A DNA stretch of 64,000 bases from Eledone cirrhosa (taxonomy: Eukaryota): contig OZ024742.1 of assembly GCA_964016885.1 (NCBI GenBank), positions 359,166,001-359,230,000 of the forward strand, written 5' to 3'. Position 1 is the first letter of the stretch. Each line of letters starts with the position of its first letter. Shown piece by piece: positions 53,885 to 64,000 of this stretch. The notes beneath the pieces are model-generated. The model did no database searches, was not told the origin of the DNA, and was given only the letters and a program-made list of their open reading frames with translations. The translations under genes and the position numbers were made by a program.

Positions 53885-56800
53885 GTGTTGTTTTTTTGGG
53901 TGTTGTTGTTATTCCATTCATTCTTTCTGTTTAGTCTTGGTCTTCTAATTTCTATTTCACTGGCCTCTCTGATTTGCCTATCTGCTGGGTCATTTCTATG
54001 TTTAGATATTATTCTAATGTCTATGTTGTCTATGTTACCGTCATGTTGTTGTCTAGCATGTTCGTATAGTACTGACCCGTTTTTTCGTCCTTTTAGTTCC
54101 CCCAGTGTTGGCCTATCCTTTCACCTATGCTACGAGCTCTCTCGCCTATGTATGTTGTTGTCATATTTCTGCAAGTACCCTCTGTACATCTTATGCTATA
54201 GACTACGTTTCTAGTTTTACAGTTTATCCGGGAGTTTACCTTACATATGATACATTTCCTATTGGTACAGTGGGTTTTCTTAAAAGGCTAGGTTTTGCTG
54301 ATCAGGGATTTTATGGTGGTTCCTGGCTTTTCTACCACCTTAACTTTTAAGTGGGTCTTTCTCAGGGCCTTTCTACACTGGTTAGCTAATTTCCTTCCAG
54401 GGGTAGCGTCCACAAACATGACACTCTGGTATCTCTGGTTGTCGTACCATGAGGTGGCTTTCCCTATCTTATGTCTAGCCCTATCTAAGCTATTCCATGA
54501 TTTGCTCCTGTATAATGGGCAAATTCCTTTCATGTCCAGTTCTATGAGGGTCTTATACTTCTCCATGGCTCTCTCGTATACTCTGACTCTGTCTCTTTGG
54601 TTGTAGCCAGAGAACTGCATGCGGTTGATGAAGTGTTGGATGTGTCTTTCCATTTCTTTTGGGTCGCACATGCGGGACACATTCTTCATCACTCGTACCA
54701 AATCTGCGATCAGAATATTAAACTTAGCACTACTGCACATTGCTGAGCTTTTGAGTGTCAGGTATTTTGAGGCCATGGGTTTAGCATAGTGTGAGTGGAG
54801 AATTTGGGCTCTCTCGTCTATAGTGTTAATCCAGAGTTCTGTGTCTAATACAGGTAGTCTATTGTTAGGGTGTTTGGAAGGGAAGTCGATAGTTACAGTT
54901 ATACTCTGGTGTATGGAATTAGCTATCTGCTGGATGCTTTCCATCGTGCTACGTTCTAAATCAAACTTGTTAGTGCTCTCTATTGGGGGTGTTCTTATAA
55001 CTATATTGATATCGTCTACATAACGAGAGTACATGATGAGGGCTATGGAGTTCTCATTAAGGAGATCCTTAAGTCTCCTTTCCCACCATACCATGAAAAG
55101 GTTGGCAACATCACCAGCTATGCTGACGCTGATGGCTGCTCCCTCATTTTGGGTGTAGATCTTCTCGTTGAACTTAAATATGTGGCCCTTTAGGGTAGTT
55201 TTGATACTAGCCCCTATTGCATGTGCGACCATTTTTCTTACCTGATCATTGTTTTGGAGGGTCCGTATAGCTTTGGTCCACCCAATCCACCTTCCCATGG
55301 GAGTCTTTTTTGCCATTGAGGTTATGGTGGGGGGTCTACCTCTTATAGGTCTACTAGGGCAGAAACGTCTAAGGTCATGGCCGTCTAGGTAGTCAGTGTC
55401 GTAGGTAAGTCTAACTAGGAGGCCCAGTTCGTCTGTGTCGACGTCGCAGAACTCCACCTCACTCTCAATGATCATCTCCACACATCTTTTCACAGCAAAA
55501 TCAATGTTAATGGATGGGTACATTGACACCACTCCATGCTCCCTATTATGCAGTTGGATAGGTTCCTGTTTTTGTTGCACTCACTGATTCTGCTGAGGAG
55601 GTCCTCTGTACTGTCACATACATCTGGGGACATCTTGATTATGGGGCGTATAACCATTGAGAGGAAGTAGGAGATCCTGTAGTTGCTAGCTATATTAGCT
55701 CCGCATACGGGTCTTGTTGGTGGTCCTGTTGTCGGGTCGTCGACTGTCTTGTGGTCTTTGCGGAGCCCATACAAGGGTGGTATGCCATTGTTAGACGCCT
55801 GGAAGTTGTTGGCAGTGCGTCTGCTTGGCTTTAGGATGTCAGTCCACATCATCATGTGAGCGTTGAGGATTTTCGCTCTCCCAGCGTGTATTTGTTGTGC
55901 AATTTCGCTCGTGTTGGTGATGCGGGGTTGCATAGCCTTGATGTAGTTCGGCATGTTATCTATTGACATCCTACCAGACTTATCCGTGGGTAGACATACT
56001 ACCTCACCATCCCTTGTGCGCTGTTTGAGGCTAGCCAAGCCTTCTACAGGTTTCCTCCCAAGTTGTTGGGCCTCTGGTCTGCTCTGTCTCTTAGTATACC
56101 TGTCTACTATTTGTCTAATCTTATTTCTAGCCATGGTGAACTGTGCCTCTGTCTCGTCATCCATTTGTTGTGGTATGCAAACTCTTTTATTAAAGGGTAA
56201 CCTCGTATGATAGATATTACCCATCTTATATGTTTTGTCAGCTTGGTTGAAAAATAGTTTCTCTAAGGGGTTGTCATTATATCTGTCGTCATAGTTGTGT
56301 GTGTTGCTATTATTGTTATCATGGCGGTTGTTGTTGTTTCTATCATTAGCATTATTATTATTGTTATGATTGCTAGATGTATTGTTGTTTACTTCACCGT
56401 TATTGTTGTTGTTACTGTTATTTCTACCATTGTGGTTGTTACTTTTATTATGTTTCTTGTTTTTGTTGTGTCTATCATTGATGTTGCTACATGTACTATT
56501 TCCATTATTACCACTGTAGTTATTGTTGTTGTTGTTCGTATTGTTACCGTTATTACTACTGTGGTCGCTGCTGCTGTGTCTGTGGTTAATGTTTCTATTA
56601 TTATTATTATTGTGGTTGTTGTTGTTCTGTCTATCGTTAGTATTATTACCATTATTACTATTTCTCACTTTCCTGCTATTGTTATTGTTATGGCTGTTAT
56701 TTCTATACTCAGAGTTATTGTTTATATTACTACTACCGTTATTATTGTTGTTGTTGTTGTTGTTTACCTCTGCATTCCAACGTATTTTTGTGAAACACTT

Positions 56801-57504
56801 TTCCAGCTCCGTTTTGCACTCCATAGTGTTAATCTTTTTGTAGATGGCAAATTTTGGTGGTAGCCGCAGGATTTGTTGTTCTTGTTCACTGGTTAAAGTG
56901 TTCCCATAAATATTTACTGTGTGGTCATTAGTAAATTCTTCCGGTAGTTTTACATCAGTCATACGGATATTGTTGACGTTATCTGGGTATTTTTGAGAAT
57001 ATTCTATTTTCCTTTCTTGTAGTTTTTTCTTATTCAGCCATTCTAATTTCTTATTGAAATGCCTATTGCATTCGTTTCGGGCGTATTTCGTTTCAAGTCG
57101 GATGACGCTCATGAAGTTATCCCTCTCGTTTGGTGTGGTGAGTTTCGGACTTCCTTACCGTTAATGCGTTTCTGTCTGTAAAGTTCGTTGACTTTTGTGT
57201 ATGTTGTTCTTTTCATATTAACTGTTATTGTGTGTTTTAGTCGTTCAGCTTGTGTTCTGTTCAATAATAAATTATTTACTTGTTTTGATATGTTTGTTGT
57301 GTATATTTTGGAGGAAACACAGTGTTTTAAGAAGCGGATTTGTTCTGTTGTTATTGTAGTTTTTATATAACAGAAAACAGTGTCTTTCAATAACCTTTCA
57401 GCTTGGCACAAGCTAATGCCATAGCGGCGTTGAATTAGTTTTGCGAGGTTTTTTATATGAAATCGTGTGTCGAAACAAATATTGTTATACTTGGGGAGGG
57501 TCAT
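53885..57504 (-). pseudogene. PLE polyprotein (N-terminal domain with Asn-rich insert, RT, GIY-YIG), disrupted
   Basis: ORFs 57109-57504, 55490-57112 and 54288-55580; reading through the TAG gives PFKKTHCTNRKCIIC...VVYSIRCTEGTC...YIGERARSIGERIGQH; after a frameshift ...EHARQQH...RQIREA...LNRKNEW. Confidence 0.9.
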
Positions 57505-58116
57505 ATTTGTGTAATATTGCCAGAATTAATAACAGAACACACTCACTGTTTGGTTGGTTTTCGCTTCTCGTTTCTGTGTCTTTTATATCGGTAATCTAAC
57601 TTACTCGGTCCTCAATGTTGCCATTGACTGACCGACGGTCAAAAATAATACAGATACAATATAGACACAAACACATATATATAGTTTATCATAAATCTTT
57701 CGTTGCACATCTGCAACATCGTCAGTGGTGCTATCTTTTCCTCCTGTTGTATTGTATGTCTACGCCATTTTTATTCAGTCTGTCTATATATTTATTTATT
57801 TATTTGCTTGTTTGTTTATTTTATTTTGTCTTCTTTGCGCATGCGTTTGCGTGTGTGTATAGTGTTTTGTTTGCTGTGTGATGGGTGACTAGTGTGTGTT
57901 TATGTGCTTGTTGTTATTGTGCTTGTGTATGTATTTATTTATTTATTTATTTATTTATTTTATTTTATTTACTTATTTTTACTTCACTTAGGTCAGTGTT
58001 GGTTGTTTATGAGTGTGTTCTGTTATTAATTCTGGCAATATTACACAAATATGACCCTCCCCAAGTATAACAATATTTGTTTCGACACACGATTTCATAT
58101 AAAAAACCTCGCAAAA

Positions 58117-58215
<99 letters not shown>

Positions 58216-58474
58216 CTGTGTGTATATAGTGGTAGCTATAGAGCTTCCGTAGGCGGTATGCCAAAATTAGCACTCGATATTCATCAGAGTACAGTGTACA
58301 TATTATAAAGAAAACGAAAAATCAGTGATTTTATTTTGTGTTACAAATGAATGTTTCGCCGGCATGTAGCTCGAGTCATGGTCTTTGTATGGATCTGGCT
58401 GATTCTACTTCTGCGGGTTCTTTCAGACACGGGTTTTATGTCCGGAGCAAATTTTATCACAGAAATTTTATTCT

Positions 58475-58531
<57 letters not shown>

Positions 58532-58814
58532 TATAAAGTATGTCCATAGAATCATTTGATAATATATATACACCATCTCCTCTCCCAATTAGCATAATCA
58601 ACCATACAAAAAACCAATTAAACCAGGCTATAACATTAAAAGGCATCTATGAAGAAATAGTAGATAAATAAACGACAGCAATTTATTCGCGATCAACCGT
58701 TATAGAATATTTACCCAACATTTCAATAGCACGTGGAAATCGATTAAATATACCGTCAACCATACACAATTAGGTATAAAATTAAAGTTAGAAGAAAAAA
58801 TGCATATACACATA

Positions 58815-58860
<46 letters not shown>

Positions 58861-59236
58861 TATAACGAATTAAAGTTTAAGCAAAGAATCGCTGCTTTCA
58901 CCCTTAACGGAATCTTCTGAAACTAAAAAAATCAATCTGTTAACGCAGAAGTAAATATTCCGAAAAATGTTGCAACCGAAGGAAAACAGGAAGACGATAC
59001 TTTGGTTCGTGAAGACGTTTTCATAATGTCGTAATGCAGACAGCCAGACATACAGACAGATATTATAAGGCCGCGACGTTATAGCTAAGTCAGGCTTAGA
59101 AAGTGAGAGAGAGATCACTAACCGGCGCCTAATGCGGTCCCTAGGACATTGAAATTTGAAATATTTTTGCTCAAAACACTCACATGACCATAAGTACTAC
59201 ATGTGCAAAGTTTGAAAAAATTCGGTTGTCTCCGGC

Positions 59237-60550
59237 AGTTATATAGAGATGACATATTATTTACTGTAGTTAGACATAATAATAGCGAATTAAATAGAGT
59301 AAAGAAAGTAATTATAGCATTCTTTAAAAATTACGACCTGAAATTAGAAATAGAAAATAACAGTAAAATAGTTACATTTTTAGACGTAACCCTTAATTTA
59401 AACTCAGGCCTATATTACCCCTTCCATAAACTCAATGAAAACCTAAATTATGTTATCTTTTACTCTAATCATCCTAAAAGTGTTAAAAATGCAGTAGTCA
59501 ATAGTGTCCAACAACGAATATCCAGACTATCTGCTAACGGATCCATTTTCAATAGTAAAGCTGGATATTATAATGAAAGCGTTACATAAAGCAGGATATA
59601 AAAATAATATTTAATATGTAGTAAATAATATTAATTATGAACACAATATTCATAATAATAATAATAATAAAAATAAAACTGACTGTAAACTTGGCGAATA
59701 AATCGGGGAAAAAAATTAGGACTATATCTATAATTTGGTATGCACCACCAGCATCTTTAGCTATTAAAACAGCTTTAGCACATTTATTTTTTAAAGCCTT
59801 GGATAAATGTTTCCCCAGATCACATAAGTATTACCCTATCTTCAATAGACACACAATTAAATTCTCTTATTCAAAAACTATGAATAATGCTCAAAATATT
59901 GCCAAAAATTAATAGCAAAATTCTTAATTTGAACCAGCATATAATTAGCGATAATAACAATAATAATAATAATAATAATAATAATACATTAGTTAATGTG
60001 AATAACAATGACAATAGTTTAAATACGAATAATAGTAGAACACCTAGAAATAATAACAATGATAATACGAATAGTTAAGGTTATAGAAATAACATGGAAT
60101 TGAACTGTAACTGTAGAAGGAAATCTGAATGCCTTTTACAAAATAATTGCCTTGATAAGAATTTACTATATAAATGTACCATTAAGACAAATAATAATAA
60201 TACTTATAACTACATAGATGCTACTTCACCGAACTTTAAGTTTCGCTTTTCCAATCATAAACATTCTTTCTCAAATCCAGATAAAAAATGTTCTACTTCA
60301 TTATCACAATTAATATGGTCTTTAAAAGAGAAAAATATTAAATACTCAATTTCTTGGTATAAACTTAAGAATTCTGATTCCTACCAGAACGCTTCTATTT
60401 CACCAAACTGCAATCTTTGCAATTTAGAAACTCTATTAATAATTACCAATTATGGTAATTTAATTAATTAAAAAATGAGTTTTTTGGAACTTGTCTGCAT
60501 AAATCAGGAAAGACATTTCAAGCATTATACAAATTTAGAAAAAAATATTG
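59237..60550 (+). mobile_element. 5'-truncated, decayed PLE of a different clade (RT C-half plus GIY-YIG preceded by CxC)
   Basis: LYRDD, FLDVTLNL, SNHP, IIWYAPP, then CNCRRKSECLLQNNC...LLYKC...YIDAT...FKFRFSNH...LSQLIWSLK...CNLCNLE. Confidence 0.85.
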
Positions 60551-60573
60551 ACAATTATTAATAATTCTTGAAA

Positions 60574-60624
<51 letters not shown>

Positions 60625-60627
60625 CTA

Positions 60628-60765
60628 TAGGGCGGTGGATTGGCAGTATCGGTAGAGGGTCGGACGCCATGCTTTGCAGCAGAGTTACGGCCCTTTATGA
60701 TCTGAGTAATGCAGTAATGCACTGGGATAATTGCTGGCCTTGTGCCAAAAGTAGACACAATTATT
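60628..60765 (+). mobile_element. Internally deleted SINE
   Basis: Head GGGCGGTGGATTGGCAGTATCGG joined to the tail; core missing. Confidence 0.8.
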
Positions 60766-61958
60766 ATATATATATAATGTTTTGCCTTACCTTAAAAATT
60801 GTATATCGTTTTTATATAGTAAATTAATCTCATGATGTGACTCAGTATCCTAAATTCAGATTTAGAATGGTCATTGTATAACTAGAAATTTCTGAATTTG
60901 CGGTTTGAAATATCTTTTGGCTTAAAAAGCACTTAAATATCATAAATGATCACATAAGTTCTACGGATTACCTTCCTTTGTTTACAGTTTTCGTAAATAA
61001 TTTTCGTTCTATCCAAATGGATTAATAATGTGTATTTAACATGATTTATACAGTTTAATAATATACGAAAAATCCTTAAAGGGAAACTACGTATATTAAG
61101 ATGTAGTTACAGAAGTAAAATAGAAATAATAATACTTTTAAGAGTAAATGTAACTACTTATTAATCCTGTAAGTAAATGACAACTAATGAATAGAACTGT
61201 TTTTATAATGAAAAAAGAATAATTCAGATAATAATTCTAAACATTATATAAAATGCATATACTGATGGTGATATGCGCTTAAGTTGCGGTAAATATCCTT
61301 ATACATATTTAATAGGTATGTAAACTTGCTTTATAGATAAAAATGTTTTGAATTTTATAACAAAATATTTAATATATATATTAATTAATCTATGCTTCTG
61401 ATTATTATAGAAAATATTTTTATATTGTTTAATTTTGATATAATATATTAGTATAATTAGCTTAAACATAACCAAATACAAAATATATTAAAAAATGTCA
61501 TGCTCTTTAATTGGTCACTTCTATTTGACTTAATATTTTAAAACAACGGTCACGCATCATGTCTCTTTCTTCCTTCTTTCTTTCTTTCTTTCTTTCTTTC
61601 CCTTTTCCAGTTACGTCTTTCCTCTTCTCTCTTCTATCTCTATCTCTCCTTCTTCTCTCTTCTCTTCTTTCTTCTCTTCTATCTATCTCTCTCTCTTTCT
61701 TTTTCTTCCCTAACACGGATATTTACGCATTTAAATATTTATGTATGTATGTGTTTATTTATTTATTCTTGCATTTTCTCATACTCACCTCATCCTTATA
61801 CTTATATCTCGCTCCACATCCTCTTCTTCATCATATTTAAGTTTATCATGTTATTTTTTGTTGTATATAAATAGTGAGATTTGTTGTAATAAATCACAGC
61901 CAATACTGGAATTGAACCATCAAGACAGTTGAGGTATGTCATACATCAATTCATGTAA

Positions 61959-62018
61959 TTTATCTGATGAGGACGTACTGAAAAAACAGCACAGTACCGC
62001 CGAAATATACATAATAAA
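61959..62018 (+). ncRNA. Type I hammerhead ribozyme, canonical core
   Basis: TTTAT-CTGATGA-GGacGTACTG(11-nt loop)CAGTACcgCC-GAAA-TATACA-TA-ATAAA. Confidence 0.8.
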
Positions 62019-62165
62019 ATATATATTTTGATTATGTGAACGTCTTCATTTATTAATATTTCGAATAATTGTTATAACTCCAGAAAATTATTTTTCTATA
62101 GAGTTCGTTTAATCTATTGTAAATCTATATTCATTGAGTATTCAATGAACCATATTAACCTTTGG

Positions 62166-62260
<95 letters not shown>

Positions 62261-62400
62261 GTAATAATAATAATAATAATATTATTATATATATATTTAT
62301 ATATATATAATAATAATAATAATATTAATATATATATATTTATATAAATTAATAAAGTACTGAATAAACAAAGAAACAGTTCCTTATATTAAAAAAATTC

Positions 62401-62538
62401 ATCATTTTGCGATCGTTTCTAGGATATATATGTGTTAGTGTTGGTATGCATATTCTATAGATCTATGTAAATTATTTATACAAACTATCAGAGGGAATAT
62501 ACATACCTACACATATATATGCTGTCTTCAGAAATAAT
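62401..62538 (-). ncRNA. Decayed HHR with ~100-nt stem II domain
   Basis: Minus ATTATTT-CTGAAGA-cagcATATATATGTG...CACATATATATccta-GAAA-CGATCG-CA-AAATGAT; U16.1 replaced by C. Confidence 0.55.
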
Positions 62539-62639
62539 CATATATATTTATAAATATATAATAATAATAATAGTAATATTAATATATATATATTTATATA
62601 TATATAATAATAATAATAATAGTAATATTAATATATATT

Positions 62640-63453
<814 letters not shown>

Positions 63454-63539
63454 GTATATACATATATATATATAGGTATATACATATATATATATATATA
63501 TGTATATACATATATATATATATATGTATATATATATAC

Positions 63540-63673
<134 letters not shown>

Positions 63674-63746
63674 TAGAAAGTGAGGTTTTTTTTACAAAAT
63701 GAAAAATAACCGAGGTGTCCTACACGAGTGGAAGTATAAAGAAAAA

Positions 63747-64000
63747 GGTATGGAATCGAAAATGCAACTGAAGTCTTATTTTTTTTTTAAATATATATAT
63801 TTATTTGGTTCTTTACCGGTTTCGCAGTTCTTCTGCTTTTCAAAAGGTGAGTTGAGATGGAGGGTCTGTGGTTTACCACAGACCCTCCATCTCAACTCAC
63901 CTTTTGAAAAGCAGAAGAACTGCGAAACCGGTAAAGAACCAAATAAATATATATATTTAAAAAAAAAATAAGACTTCAGTTGCATTTTCGATTTCATCCC
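63747..64000. repeat. Fold-back palindrome (2-nt loop at 63873-63874) running off the window end, within repeat starting ~63673
   Basis: ...GAGGGTCTGTGGT-tt-ACCACAGACCCTC... Confidence 0.95.
63901..63936 (+). ncRNA. Minimal HHR, U3-A8 core variant (mirror at 63811-63846, minus)
   Basis: CTT-TTGAAAA-GCAG(aagaa)CTGC-GAAA-CCGG-TA-AAG; AATAAA at 63942. Confidence 0.65.

Larger units (their letters stand above)
53370..58120 (-). mobile_element. Near-complete Penelope-like element with C-terminal GIY-YIG, two ~520-bp direct pseudo-LTRs (53370-53890, 57481-58000) and an inverted 5' segment (58011-58120 = reverse complement of ~57433-57545)
   Basis: Repeats read directly; RT motifs TDKSG, LYGLRKDHK, RPVC, SMYPSI, YSRYVDD, VLDT; TA repeats on both flanks. 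Confidence 0.93.

Noticed and set aside
54286-54292. In-frame stop between PLE RT and GIY-YIG as selenocysteine or programmed readthrough
   Set aside because: It is TAG, not TGA, at a non-Cys position, and the copy has other frameshifts; ordinary decay is simpler
57545-57606. Retained intron in the PLE 5' pLTR (minus GTAAGT...AAACAG)
   Set aside because: No polypyrimidine tract; needs RNA evidence

Overview
AT-rich, repeat-saturated eukaryotic non-genic DNA. I can support no host protein-coding gene. The SINE family and microsatellite load suggest an octopod cephalopod (inference only). Three zones: (1) ~9.2-34.4 kb is a 25-kb pile-up of non-LTR retrotransposons abutting (AAT)n/(AAG)n microsatellites. 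It holds three near-full-length Tx1/L1-like elements and three 3' fragments on the minus strand, plus two R4/Dong-like RLE elements on the plus strand. (2) 34.6-41.8 kb holds a ~69-bp and a 28-bp satellite array and an hAT-type MITE. (3) The flanks (0-6 kb and 43-64 kb) are Penelope-like element (PLE) territory embedded in (TA)n. They contain one near-complete PLE with pseudo-LTRs, two PLE 3' fragments, and many short non-coding modules arranged as spacer-less palindromes, inverted repeats or ~1.2-1.4-mer tandem units. By hand-folding, many modules carry minimal type I hammerhead ribozyme (HHR) motifs with palindromic stem III, including core variants (U3-A8 covariation, extra U after A9, U4A, very long stem II). 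The best candidate for an under-described system is this diverse set of retrozyme-like HHR modules beside their putative PLE helpers. All folds and alignments were done by eye and need computational confirmation.
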